From Octopus sinensis (Eukaryota): a stretch of DNA of 64,000 nucleotides. The notes beneath the pieces were generated by a model that did no database searches, had not been told where the DNA came from, and was given only the letters and a program-made list of their open reading frames with translations. Where the stretch lies: contig NC_043007.1 of NCBI RefSeq assembly GCF_006345805.1, forward strand, positions 14,942,001 through 15,006,000, read 5' to 3'. This document shows, piece by piece, positions 1-12,729 of this stretch. Position 1 is the stretch's first letter, and the number at the start of each line of letters is the position of its first letter. A program made the position numbers and the translations under genes.

Positions 1-470
1 GTCACCCGAGAATTTCGCTTTTGCAGAAAGTAGGCGACACTTTGAAAATTGATCAGCTTGATCAAGGAGAGCGTTGAAAGTAGCACCTGGTGCAGATTAT
101 TCCATACTCTCTGCTTCCGTCTATCCTCAGCTGTATCAGGAACTGACAAACCTTGCTGTCTCTCCACATATCAGATGTATTTGACTTTACAAATACATTC
201 TCAACTTTTAGGTCACTTTAAATGAAACCCTTGATTCAATAACACTGTGTACGAACTCTATACTTGGAATGACCAATTTTAAATACTATTGGATTTTACT
301 CATAAGGTATTGGAATCATAAGGTATTGGAATCTTATATGGAATCTGCCTAAATAATGGATCTACAAATGCAATATCCCTGCATATCTCACATTTATTTT
401 CATTCCTCCACTTCCCTCTCTATTTCGTATCTTATCTAAATTAACTATTGCTTTACCAACTTCTCACACC

Positions 471-518
471 GTCTCCGATGAAGGGATATAATAGATATCC
501 TAGAAAGAGCTGTAAGAC
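471..518 (+). ncRNA. Degenerate type-I hammerhead ribozyme motif (H1)
   Basis: GTCT-CCGATGA-A-GGGATAT..ATATCCT-A-GAAAG-AGCT-GTA-AGAC; helix I GTCT/AGAC; U4C and C15.2G lesions. Confidence 0.55.
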
Positions 519-576
519 GTTATATTTATAAATGTTCTAAAATCTTCACAGCCTTGGTTTTTTTTTTTAAATCTCG

Positions 577-731
577 ACTGGCTGCGTGGTAAGTAGCTAG
601 TTTATGAACCACATGGTTCCGGGTTCAGTCCCACTGCGTGGCACCTTGGGCAGAGTGTCTTCTACTATAGACTCGGGCTGACCAAAGCCTTGTGAGTGGA
701 TTTGGTAGACGGAAACTGAAAGAAGCCTGTC

Positions 732-775
<44 letters not shown>

Positions 776-989
776 TTGTGTGTCTGTATTTGTCCTCCCA
801 ACATCGCTTGACAACCGATGCTGGTGTGTTTACGTCCCGTAACTTAGCAGTTCGGCAAAAGAGACCGATAGAATAAGTACTGGGCTTACAAAGAATAAGT
901 GTCCTGGGGGTCGATTTGTTCGACTAAAGGCGGTGCTCCAGCATGGCCACAGTCAAATGACTGAAACAAGTAAAAGAGTAAAAGAGTAA
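577..989 (+). mobile_element. tRNA-derived SINE family A (~410-450 bp, internal TA/TG microsatellite)
   Basis: GGCTG(T/C)GTGGTAAG...GGTTCAGTCCC head; GACTGAAACAAGTAAAAGAGTA tail; partial copies also at ~1452-1680, 19405-19885, 29778-30162. Confidence 0.85.
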
Positions 990-2154
990 GGGGTATTACT
1001 AAAGAAAATCGAGTTCGGTTTACCAGCTGATGATCTGAAACGAGTAACTCTGAGTACCGGATATCGGAGACTTTCTGTTGTAATGTGTTTGTCTATTAAG
1101 AGGAGACTAGGAAAAATGTTGGCATTATTTATACACCATTACACATGTTCCATTTGCTGATAGGAGTTACAAATTGTACATGTTGGCGAAACATGTAACA
1201 CATCTGCTATTGGAAATTCTTCAAATCAAATAATCAAGCAATATTATTAGCAGTATTAATAATATTATTAATATTAATAACAATGAAGGCACATGGCTCA
1301 GTGGTTAGAGCTTCGAGCTTTAGATTGTGAGGTTGTGAGTTCGAATCCCGGACTGGGCTACGTGTTGTGTTCTTGAGCAAGACACTTTATTTCACGTTGC
1401 TCCAGTTCACTCAGCTGTAGAAATGAGTTGTAACGTCACAGGTACCACGCTGTTGGGGGGACAAACACAGACACAACACACACACACACACACATATATA
1501 TATAAATACATATACACGACGGGCTTCTGTCAGTTTCCGTCTACCAAATCCACTCACAAGGGTTTGGTCGGCCCAAGGCTATAGTAGAAGACACTTACCC
1601 AAGGTGCCACGCAGTGGGACTGAACCCGGAACCATGCGGTTGGTAAGCAAGCTACTTACCACACAGTCACTCCTGCACCTATATATACACATCCTTTTAT
1701 GTCAATATTAAAAATCCGTATGTAGATATTATATTCGTTTGGGGTATGCATAAGAGTCGAAAAATACTGGAAATTTTTTTTTATTACAGAGCAATTACAT
1801 ATCAAAACAGGAAATTGGAAAACATGTTTGTCATTGTTTATTCAACATTACACATGTTTCGTGTGCTAAGATGAGTTACAAAATTGTACATATACAAGAA
1901 AACATGTAGGATATCTCTTATTAGAAGTTGTTACTACCCACAAGGAGCTAAACACAGAGAGGACAAACAAGGACAGACAATCGGATTAAGTCGATTATAT
2001 CGACCTCAGTGCGTAACTGGTACTTATTTAATCGACCCCGAAAGGATGAAAGGCAAAGTCGACCTCGGCGAAATTTGAACTCAGAACGTAACAGCAGACG
2101 AAATACTGTTAAGCATTTCGCCCGGCGTGCTAACGTTTCTGCCATCTCGCCCGG

Positions 2155-2518
2155 CCCCACAACCATCGAAATAAAGTACCTTGCTCGAAGCTAGTACGCG
2201 AAATGACTGACCATAGGATTGCACCTAGAAAGTTACCCTCCCAGGCACAAGTCCGGGCAAGGTTGTTTATGGAAGACCAGCAGTCGCCCATGCATACCGG
2301 CCGCCCCTCTCCACGCCACTAGTGTTATCCAAGGGAAAGGCAAAGGGGCCGATACAGCTTGGTACCTGTGACGCCATTTCTACAGCTGAGTGAACTGGAG
2401 CAACATGAAATAAAGTGTCTTGCTCAATAACACAACATGCAGCCCGGTCCGGGATTCGAACCCCCCAACCTCACGATCGTAAGCTCGACGCTCTAACCAC
2501 TGAGCCATGCGCCTTCGC
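2155..2518 (-). mobile_element. tRNA-derived SINE family D
   Basis: GAAGGCGCATGGCTCAGTGGTTAGAGCG..CTTACGA..GGTTCGAATCCC head, then GAGCAAGACACTTTATTTC..CAGCTGTAG core; partial copy at 1283-1432. Confidence 0.75.
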
Positions 2519-2576
2519 AAGATATATATGTATGTATGTATGTATGTATCTGTGTATGTATGTATGTATGTATGTA

Positions 2577-2997
2577 GGATCTTTTCTGTTTGAACGGCAG
2601 TTTTTTCTAGCGGTGTCATATGAAATTGTCACCCATAATTATGACCCTAGTATCGATCTATTGCATTTCAATCTGTTTTAGGGTTAGGGTTAGGGGTGGG
2701 GGGAAGTGTATCTGTTTTTCTTCACAAATGTAAATAAACCCAGTCTGTTTCTTAAACGAGGGACATATTCAAACGGCACAGAATGTTTTTTTACCTCAAT
2801 AGACGTCGTTGATTGGTTGAAATTGCAGAAATTGAAGAAAAAAACAACAACAAATATCTTACAAACTATAGAACTTTCTGAATAAAGCCAAGAGAAAAAA
2901 ATGTTTTATAAACACATTCCACCAGTATACGAAGTTTAAAAGTGTTTAGTCACGTGGAAATTATTATAAAAAACTGCCGTTCAAACCGAAAAGATCC
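2577..2997. mobile_element. Merlin-like MITE, copy 1
   Basis: TIR GGATCTTTTC(T/G)GTTTGAACGGCAGTTTT; 8-bp TSD TGTATGTA; internal short (TTAGGG)n. Confidence 0.8.
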
Positions 2998-3200
2998 TGT
3001 ATGTATGTGCATTTATGTATGTATGTATGTATGTATGTATGTATGTATTATGTATGTATGTATGTATGTTTGTATGTATGTTATGTATGTATGTATGTTT
3101 GTATGTATGTATGTATGTATGTATGTTTGTATGTATGTATGTATGTTTGTATGTATGTATGTATGTATGTATGTATGTATGTATGTATGTATGTATGTAT
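2998..3200. repeat. (ATGT)n microsatellite
   Basis: Direct reading; one of dozens of SSRs. Confidence 0.95.
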
Positions 3201-3663
3201 GTGTGCGTGCGTGAGTGTGTGTGTGGAGCCATTTGTCAATGGCTCGAGTAACCAGTTGTAAAAGAGTTGACTAATTGCTTGGCCCAGATTTAATGCTCAA
3301 GTAAATATTAAATGACGTCAGTGTCTTATCTGCGCAGTTTTCATACCATTATCGCAGCAGTCCTAAATGTTTGCTCGTTGACTCAATGCCATTGACTCTG
3401 TCAAAGCTCAATCTCAGATAGCCACTGTCTACAATGGGTTATTTTTATATCTGTCATCGAATAGTAACTGCGCAAAAAAAAAAAAAAATATTTGGGTGTG
3501 TGCCATGTTTTCACAAATTATTTTAGATGGCTACGTAGACGCGATTAGGCATAGATGACCTTTGGGATTTCCCAACACTTGACCTAGAGCAGTGGTTCCC
3601 AAATTTTTCCTGGCTACCGCCCCCTTGGCACCCAGGCTACATTCCAAGCGCCCCACCCAACAA

Positions 3664-3893
3664 CCTATTTCTTTACTACCCACAAGGGGCTAAACACAGA
3701 GAGTACAAACAAGGACAGACAAACGGATTAAGTCGATTATATCGACACCAGTGCGTAACTGGTACTTATTTAATCGACCCCGAAAGGATGAAAGGCAAAG
3801 TCTACCTCGGCGAAATTTGAACTCAGAACGTAACGGCAGACGAAATACCGCTAAGCATTTCGCCCGGCGTGCTAACGTTTCTGCCATCTCGCC
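3664..3893 (-). mobile_element. tRNA-derived SINE family B (~235 bp)
   Basis: GGCGAG(C/A)TGGCAGAAACGTTAGCACGCCGGG...GAGTTCAAATT...GTAGTAAAGAAATAGG; other copies ~1927-2152, 7133-7312, 24196-24395, 28773-28960, 35578-35813, 47667-47809. Confidence 0.85.
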
Positions 3894-4445
3894 CCACCCC
3901 ACAACCACCGAAATAAAGTACCTTGCTCGAAGATTGTATGCGAAATCGAACCTACGGCCTTACTGTTAGTGAGACCGATACCCTAATAACTAGGCCACTT
4001 ATCTTCCGTGTAGGGAAATACGCAGGACCGTCTTGAGGGACGGGCATACTAGGCAGTTGCACGGGACTATCACGTGGCCTAAGAGCCCAATTCTGATCAA
4101 TATACGTTGTGGCTTACTGTCAATAAATTAATACAATAGGGTCCAGGGCAATGATATGTCCAGACGGGGCCAAAAATATTGCTAAGATAACCAAGGAAAT
4201 GTGTGTTTATATATGCAGGTGATATGTTTGTTTGTTTTGTTCTTTTTAGTGTGTGTGTGTGTGTGTGTGTGTGTTATTGGGTTAAATCCAAGCAGTGTCC
4301 TCATGAAACACATCTGTTTATTTATTTATTTATTGCGCAGAGGTGGGGGGGAGGGGCTAAACATAGGGAGGGCAAAGAAGGACAGACAAAGGGTTTAAGT
4401 CGACTACATCAACCCCAGTGCGAAACTGGTACTTATTTAATCGAC

Positions 4446-4480
<35 letters not shown>

Positions 4481-5087
4481 TGTATGTATGTATGTATGTG
4501 TGTATGTATGTATGTCTGTCTGCGTTTTATCTCCCCTCCATCGCTTGCTAACCGATGTTGGTGCGTTAACGCCCCCATAACTTAGTGGTTCGACAAAATA
4601 CACTGCTAGAATAAGTATTAGGCTTACAACGAATAAGTCCTAGAGCGATTTGTTCGATTAAAGACGGTGCTCCAACATGGCCGCAGTCAAATGACTGAAA
4701 CAAGGAATAAAAGAATACATATATATATGTGTGTATGTGTGTGTCCATATTTGCAGGACTTAACAGCTGTTTCTGTACCTTGTTGTAATTCTACAGAAGA
4801 AGAGTGAAGTGGCTTCTTCCCGGGTGAAAGCCATGGCATGAAAGTGATCGGTTTCCCTCTGATAATTCGTTCCCAAACTTCGTTGATATAGCTTTTATCA
4901 CCAGCTCTGCTTCCCGCTTCTGAATAGGATAGGCCATGATTTTATTCGACTCTTAAGGTCGAATAAAATCCGGTTTACCAGGATGCAGAGGTAACATATC
5001 GGGGGTAGCTTAGCTACATGTCTTTTAGTATTGTTGGTAAACCATTGCGGTCCGTAGTTGAATTTAAGCTTATTTTATGTATGGATG

Positions 5088-5392
5088 GTGGAGGTACATG
5101 GCCTAGTGGTTAGAGCAGCGGAATCGCGGTCGAAGGATCGCGTGTTCGAATCTCAGACCGGACGATATGTGTGTTTATGAGCGAAACACCTAAGCTCCAC
5201 GCGGCTCCGGCAGAAGGTAATGGCGAAACTTCTGCTGACTCTTTCGCCACAACTTTCTCTCACTCTTTCCTCCTGCATCTTGCAGCTCACCTGCGACGGA
5301 CCGGCATCCCGTCCAGGTGGGGAACCTATACGCCAAGAAACCGGGAAACCGGCCCTTATGAGCCAGGCATGGCTCGAGAAGGAACAAACAAC
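5088..5392 (+). mobile_element. tRNA-derived SINE family C, tail type 1
   Basis: GTGGAGG..ATGGCCTAGTGGTTAGAGCAGCGG head; sister copy at 56653-56956. Confidence 0.85.
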
Positions 5393-5501
5393 ATGTATGG
5401 ATGATATTGAATCTTCCTTTATGTCGATATAATTAATGGCTGCTCTTTCTCCTTGTACAACTGAAACGTCAAACGACTTATATCAGCTTATTTCTGGAAG
5501 C

Positions 5502-5880
5502 ACTCCGTCGGTTACGACGACGAGGGTTCCTGTTGATCTAAATCAACGGAACAGCCTGCTCGTGAAATTAACGTGTAAGTGGCTGAGCACTCCACAGACA
5601 CGTGTACCCTTAACGTAGTTCTCGGGGATATTCAGCGTGACACAGAGAGTGACAAGGCCGGCCCTGTGAAATACAGGTACAACAGAAACAGGAAGTAAGA
5701 GTGAGAGAAAGTTGTGGTGAAAGAGTACAACAGGGGTCGCCACCACCCCCTGCCGGAGCCTCGTGGAGCTTTAGGTGTTTTCGCTCAATAAACACTCACA
5801 AACGCCCGGTCTGGGAATCGAAACCGCGATCCTATGACCGCGAGTCCGCTGCCCTAACCACTGGGCCATTGCGCCTCCAC
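5502..5880 (-). mobile_element. SINE family C, tail type 2
   Basis: Same head; tail ends GTCGTCGTAACCGACGGAGTGC; tail-only copy at 11242-11425. Confidence 0.85.
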
Positions 5881-6125
5881 TATCAGCTTATTTACATGTA
5901 TCCTAACAGAAGGTGAAATCACATCTGAATTATTCGGCATTTCATTCTTGAAATTTGCAGTGAGTTCGTTATTTCCTGGGAACAAAGGCCCTATTTTATA
6001 ATGTAGTATGGCTGATTCTCCAGCAAATATATAGAAATTTTTAGAATTTGCTTTTATCTTCTCTACAGCTTCGCTTTCTCCTTCTGATGTTTCCTTTCCG
6101 TGGAAGTGTTTGGTTTTATTTTCTA

Positions 6126-6525
6126 CTAGCTGTATAGCCCGGCGTTGCTCGGGTTTGTTTTCTTTTCGACCCTTTTGAATTGGAATTTTTGAAAAGTAAA
6201 AATTTTGCATTATGTAGCTTGTTATTCTCTTTAAGTGAACATTTTTCTGGTTGAAATACACCGAAAAATGGCGACACAGCAGTCAAAAATTCGTAAAAAA
6301 ATAGGGATTTTCATAGAAAAAAAAGCACCTTTTTGATGTAAATAATTTTTGGTCTTAACATGGTCCAATTTGAATTTTTTCTTCTACGGAATGAAGAGCA
6401 AGCCTTCTTCTATCACACTCTCAATTTTGGTCAACTTGCGCCGCGCAGGGTCTCGGAGGAGATAGTGTTAGTTGAAGCCTACCAAACCTGCCACACACAG
6501 ACAACTTCAGCTTTATATAGAGAGA
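6126..6525 (-). mobile_element. Non-autonomous Helitron
   Basis: On minus: A|TC...CCCGAGCAACGCCGGG hairpin...CTAG|T, no TSD; truncated sister copy at ~23385-23645. Confidence 0.8.
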
Positions 6526-8627
6526 TTTAGGTGGTGTTTCGCGCTGTCTTCATTTAGTTTCCTCCGTCTTTGCTTCAATTTTCCATGACGCCCCATAGCA
6601 AGTATTATATGTATTGTCTGGCTTCTCAAGGGCATAAGAACAAATGAATTCGTTCGTTTCCCACCTAATTTAAGCCATTGATCTGTAGTATCTTGAGAGC
6701 CTCTGCGATTAAACTGTCAGAAGATGAGTGTTAGGTTATAATCTATGCCATTCGAAAGAACTATCTTCAACTTGCCAGTTTCTTTTCATCTTTTGGATCC
6801 TACTTGTTCTTCTTTTACATATTTTTTTTTAAAGTAGGCATTAATAAGCTTTCAGCTGTTGATTTATGGTTGTTATAGAAATTTATTCATCTTGTGACGG
6901 AATAGATGAATTCAAATTAGTATATATAGAAAGAAGTAATTGAAAAGAGAAATGAAACTGTCAGAGTTTGTGCGTAAGAGGAAAATAGTAAGAAACAGAC
7001 ACAGTTATGATATCTTCCAGTTTAATCTATTTTACTATGTAAAAGTAGGAAGAGAGAGAGAGAGAGAGAGAGAGAGAAGAACAATAAGACTGACAGCACC
7101 ATAACAGTTTAGACATGGTTAAGAAAGGCAAAAAGTCTTTACGTTCTGAGTTCAAATTCCGCCGAGGTCGACTTTGTCTTTCATCCTTTCGTGGTCGATA
7201 AATTAAGTACTAGTTACGCACTGGAGTCGATGTAATCGACTTAATCCCTTTGTCTGTCCTTGTCTTGTCCCCTCTGCGTTTAGCTCCTTGTGGGGCAATA
7301 AAGAAATAAGAAAGGCAAAAAGTAGCGGTGAAAAGAATTGGATGAGACATTTTTTAGCCAAATGTAATGCGTGAAATGTTTATTGCACACGCGCGCGCGG
7401 ACAGACAGACAGACAGACACACACACACACACACACATTAATGCATACATGCATACATGCATACGACTCGGTTAATTTCAGTCAGATCTGAGATATTTAC
7501 AGTTCTTTGGAAAATCCTTGTCCACTACTGTTATATATGTAGCGAATCTTGCATGTATGATGTGGATTCGATCCACCATAGCCAAATTTAAATCAACACG
7601 GCTACAGAACTTTTCCTACGGCGGAACAATGGTTTTTCCATGACAGCAGTTTTACATTTTCCAGATGCCATTAACTAGGCCAAAATAATGCCTTCACCAC
7701 TTGACCCTTTCTAACCTTTTCTACTTCACCAAAGGCTACAATAGAGATAACAAGACCACCAACTAAATCTATTGTTCTCAACGATATATCTATCCTTCTG
7801 GATCTTTATTTAAGCAAGCACATCCCGTGGGTCATATATCCGAAAAAGAAACACACTCGAAAAGTTAGACCAGTAATGTATTTGCATGAAGTCAAATATA
7901 TGCCCGGTCATTGAGTGGTCAATGGTTTCGCATCCATAAAGCACTTAACTTTATAGAAAACTCGTCAGACTCCAATGACCGCGGGAATATAGCATCTCTT
8001 CCAAATGGAGGTAGAAAACCGCTATGGTCAGTTAATTTGTAAAAAAAAAAAAATATAAAAAAAATTCTCTGTTGTCTGAGCCTTAAACGGGACAGATTAT
8101 CACCCTTAGATCGATCCGGTCAAAAAATCTTATGGTCCTAACCGACGCACGGGAAATCTCCACCCTTAAATTGGTTCCGGTCTGCAAATATTTGCGTCCA
8201 TAAAGCGCATCCATATAGCTAATCGCTGTATGGATGCAAAATCATTGGTCACTATGATCGAATATATTTTTAACTTCAAGTAGATATATATATATATATC
8301 TATATATATTGTATTTCAGGACGGGTCATTTTCTTTCCAAATAAACACACGCACTATATATTTGTTCGTCACTCGTTTATTACTGCTCATATTTTAACTC
8401 TTGTCCAGTGTCCGGAAATCTTTCTTCACACATCTGTGGCCGCTTCAGCAACACTTTACGTTTTTGTGTGTGCTCTTGTTCCACTTACTCCAAAGAGGTC
8501 ACAGATGTGCGAGGAAAGATTTCCGGAAAAAAGTTGTTTATTTGGCAAAAAAGAAAAAAGAAAACATCTGTTTAAACACCCAATTTCACATCAGGAATCT
8601 TGCAACACAAATTGATAAACACACACA

Positions 8628-8679
<52 letters not shown>

Positions 8680-8748
8680 ACACACACACACACATTCTCT
8701 CATTTTTTTCTCTCATTTTTTTTTCTCTCCTTGTTTCTTTCTGTGTTC

Positions 8749-8784
8749 CTTTCTGTCGAAGAGCGTGGGCTCGAAACGTAAAAG
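8749..8784 (+). ncRNA. Minimal type-I hammerhead motif with A6U lesion (H2)
   Basis: CTTT-CTGTCGA-A-GAGC-GTGG-GCTC-GAAAC-GTA-AAAG. Confidence 0.7.
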
Positions 8785-8867
8785 ACTTTTTAAATTCCTG
8801 AGCGTTATGCTAATACATCTGTTTTGTACACCACCTGTCTTCGTCTTTTGTTTTTTTCGTGAATTCT

Positions 8868-9127
<260 letters not shown>

Positions 9128-10200
9128 CTAGCTGGTGTACCCGGTAATTTCCGGGGATTAAAAAGTTCTATTGAAATGCCTTATTACTCTGATAGAAGAA
9201 AGCAATTTAGTTATAACTGCCACAAAAGGTGTATTTTCCTTCAGGAAAAAGTACAAAACGCTGTCAGCTGGAGGAAGGAGAGAGTTTTTGGAGGTTGGTG
9301 AGAGAGGTTTTCAGAGGTTGGCGAGAGGCAAAGACATTATTCTGCTTAGCGAAGGCATCTGGGAAATGTATAAGCGCTGTTGAAGTGTTAAGTGAAATTT
9401 GGCAATCGAGGATCGAATCCACGCTATGCCTGCATGAAGCCACTACAAATACGTTGAGGAAAATTTATCTACTGTTATGGAAAAGTGTAACTGTGAAAAT
9501 GCAAAATTATCGGAGTAATGGGCATTCAAAAAAGTATGTATGTATAGAAATGCATGAATGAAGTCTTTAATGTTTAAGATTCAAATTAAGGAAGTGCAAT
9601 AATAATGTTTAGCAGTTCAAAACTGTGAGTAGTGAAATGCAGAATTAGGACAACATGTTTCTTCTTTAAATGTTTTGGAGTGAGAGTATGTGTTGTTTGT
9701 ATCTAGCTTTGAATGTTCTGCCTGTTCCACCAATAAATTTTAGCCATTATGTTCTCCTTGTACTACTGTTATCTCACAGAATGCTTCTTATGCAAGGGGA
9801 ATATTCTTTATGTTGTATGTCTCGTTTCTCTGTTTGTTTTGTTCGTTGTCGCTTGTATTCTCTCCTGGTGCTGTATGAACATTTTATGTGGTTTTAGAGT
9901 CAAGTTTTGGCTGCTATTTCCAGCGTGGTGGTATCTCTTAAAATTATAATTTTAATAATAATTATTACCTTTGAAGGTTTTTATTCCCATGCTGGCCACC
10001 TGATAAGATCGGTATTTAAATAACGATCTTATTCTTATTTATATAAATTTATATATTTATTTCGTCATTATATTCACTGCGGTCATATTTTGGCCATATC
10101 GCAGGAAGAGTTTTCGGCGGGCAATTCGAACTGATCGTGTACGTACGTGCATATGTATGTATACGTTCGTATATGTAAGTATTCGTATGTTGTATATATT
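9128..10200 (-). mobile_element. Probable Helitron-type element (different subfamily)
   Basis: CTAG terminus at 9128 with CCCGG..CCGGG hairpin; other end approximate; internal ~180 bp recurs at ~15010-15195. Confidence 0.45.
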
Positions 10201-10232
10201 TACACACACACACACGCACGCACGCACACACA

Positions 10233-10282
<50 letters not shown>

Positions 10283-10398
10283 CAAATAGATGTCTTTTAA
10301 ACTCTTCCGCACATACAATAACAGCCATATAAACAATCCATCGTACTCGCATCATCAGCTGCACCACGACATCACTATGGTTTCGACACCTATATATA

Positions 10399-10443
<45 letters not shown>

Positions 10444-10531
10444 CATGAACTTTAACATATGTCCTGTCAATGGTTTCGTATCCATAAAGTGCATACCTTT
10501 ATAGACGACTCCTCAGATTCTAATGGCAGTG

Positions 10532-10568
<37 letters not shown>

Positions 10569-10596
10569 GAGAAAGAAGCAACAAGAATGGATTAGT

Positions 10597-10687
10597 TTTT
10601 AGTACAATTGTTTCATACAAAGACAGGCTTTATTACAAGTTGCAAAAATTGCAGCAGATAAAAGTGTCCCGTACTCATCAGCTAAAA
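10597..10687 (-). ncRNA. Type-I hammerhead ribozyme with intact core (H3)
   Basis: Minus strand: TTTTAG-CTGATGA-GTACGGGACA...TGTCTTTGTAT-GAAAC-AATT-GTA-CTAAAA; 6-bp helix I; predicted cleavage between 10603 and 10602. Confidence 0.85.
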
Positions 10688-11429
10688 TACATATGAGTTC
10701 TCTAGACATATATGGTTAACACCATATAGTTTTTCTGGTGCATCTAAGTTAAGTACCACATTCAAGTAAATTCATTGGAATTTACTTGAATCTTAATTGC
10801 TTTTATATATATATATATATATAATATATATATATATATGTATATAAGTATACAAAATTAGAAAATGGAGAAACATACTTAAATCAATCAAACATCAACC
10901 ATCAGATAATACCCAATCAATACTTTATTACACCATTACATAACAGCAAAGACATTATACAAAATATATTGTAAATATAATTAGAAAAGGAAATAGAAAT
11001 ATAAAATACAATTTATGTTTCTCCATTTTCTAATTTTGTATTATTAATTTACGGTAATATTTTTACCTTTGCCTACATAATACAGTAGATGAATTAATTG
11101 CATGGCAATTTTTAACATTTATATATTAGTCTTGTTGGGTACCTCTCTAGCAGTATATTGGATATATGTTATCCCATGGTGGGTTGAATTTTCAACCCCT
11201 ATCTCATTTTATATATATATAAATATATATATATACACACGGCACTCCGTCGGGTACGACGACGAGGGGCTCCAGTCGATCCGATCAATAGAACAGCCTG
11301 CTCATGAAATTAACGTTCAAGTGGCTGAGCACTCCACAGACATGTGTACCCTTAACGTAGTTCTTGAGGAGATTCAGTGTGACACAGAGTGTGACAAGGC
11401 TGGTCCTTTGAAATACAGGGACAACAGAA

Positions 11430-11830
11430 AGACGTATGGCTTTAATACTTCTAAGTTGTATTCGTTATCGGTTTTGATTCGAGGATTCTAAATAGAAGCT
11501 TGTTTATAGCGAGGGTCGTTTCTCTTGAATACTTTGTAGTACCTAAAGTCGGTTGGGAATTGTTTGGTGATTAATGCTTGGAAGTTCTTTTTGTGCCACA
11601 TTTTAAAACAATTGAATCTTGAAAGGAGGTTGTACGAGATTATTTTCTTTGGTTTTCATTGGCTTATGGTTTGTTGGCACGACTTTGGTAATGTATTTAA
11701 ATTTTCTCTTTGATCTTGCTCGCATTAAGAGCTTCATTGTAGAATGATGCTGTTTAGCTGAATATTGTTTCATTGGATGATCCATAGCACTGACGAACTA
11801 CTAAGTCGTTCATTGTGCTCTCCAGTAAGT
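11430..11830 (-). mobile_element. Penelope-like element fragment (RT-EN linker)
   Basis: Frameshifted ...NLVQPPF..K...KHF..I.KIF..TLAISYS-like region typical of PLEs. Confidence 0.5.
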
Positions 11831-12046
11831 AAATATCTCACTTAGTTGGAAAAAATGTAATGACTATGTGACACTTAGTATTTGTATTAGTCCCTTCACA
11901 TATCGGCGTAGGGGAAAACTCTGATGGTAATTTCCCCACTTTTATAAGGCACTCATCATTTCTAGTTATATATGTTGTTACTTCTTTCATTTTGCAATTC
12001 ATTGTCGATATATACCGACCACTTGTTATATCAACAACTGCTACAT

Positions 12047-12490
12047 ATTGTTAGTTAGTTAGTTAGTTAATTTGGCTCAAAAGCAAATAGCAAGGCCATG
12101 TAGGGGGACATGGAGTTAAGTACAGGGTGGTGTTCATGTAAAGAGTTCAGGCCACTTGAGGTCCAGGGAGGCTTTGAACAAAGCGGTCGTCGGCATCTTC
12201 ACCATCTCGTCTGGCAGCTTGTTCCACGGATCCGCAACCCGGACGGAGAAAGCTCCTCTCCTTCGATTGAGATGAAATCGTCGCAGGTAGAGCTTTTCGG
12301 AATGACCCCGCAGCCGACGCTCTGTAGCAGGAGTGAAGAACAGCTCTTTCGAGAGGTTACACTTTCCGCTTATGATGTCGTGGACGAGAATGAGATCACC
12401 ACGGCGGCGGCGTTTTTCAAGAGAATAAAGGTCGAGCGTCCTCAGCCTTTCTTCGTAGGACAAATTTTGTGGCTAAACGAGTAAAATTTA
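12047..12490 (-). mobile_element. CR1-group LINE 3' fragment
   Basis: SYEERLRTLDLYSLEKRRRRGDLI...FSVRVADPWNKLP; (TAAC)n tail. Confidence 0.85.
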
Positions 12491-12729
12491 TTTGTTCAAC
12501 AGCGGCTGATGAAGTGATTAGTTACCAAAACATCTAGATGTACTGGAGGAAACTTGTGATAAATATTCCATATGTTCTTTATGTGGTATACACACACACA
12601 CACACCACACACACACACACACACACACTCATACACACACACACTTAGATGTAAATACATGTGTGTGAGTCTGGGTAGATATGTATATAGGTATATAAAC
12701 ATATATAGATAGCTTGATATAAATATAGA

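Noticed and set aside
1024-1050. CTGATGA-TCT-GAAAC-GAGTA hammerhead-like word
   Set aside because: No helix II and no adjacent helix I pairing
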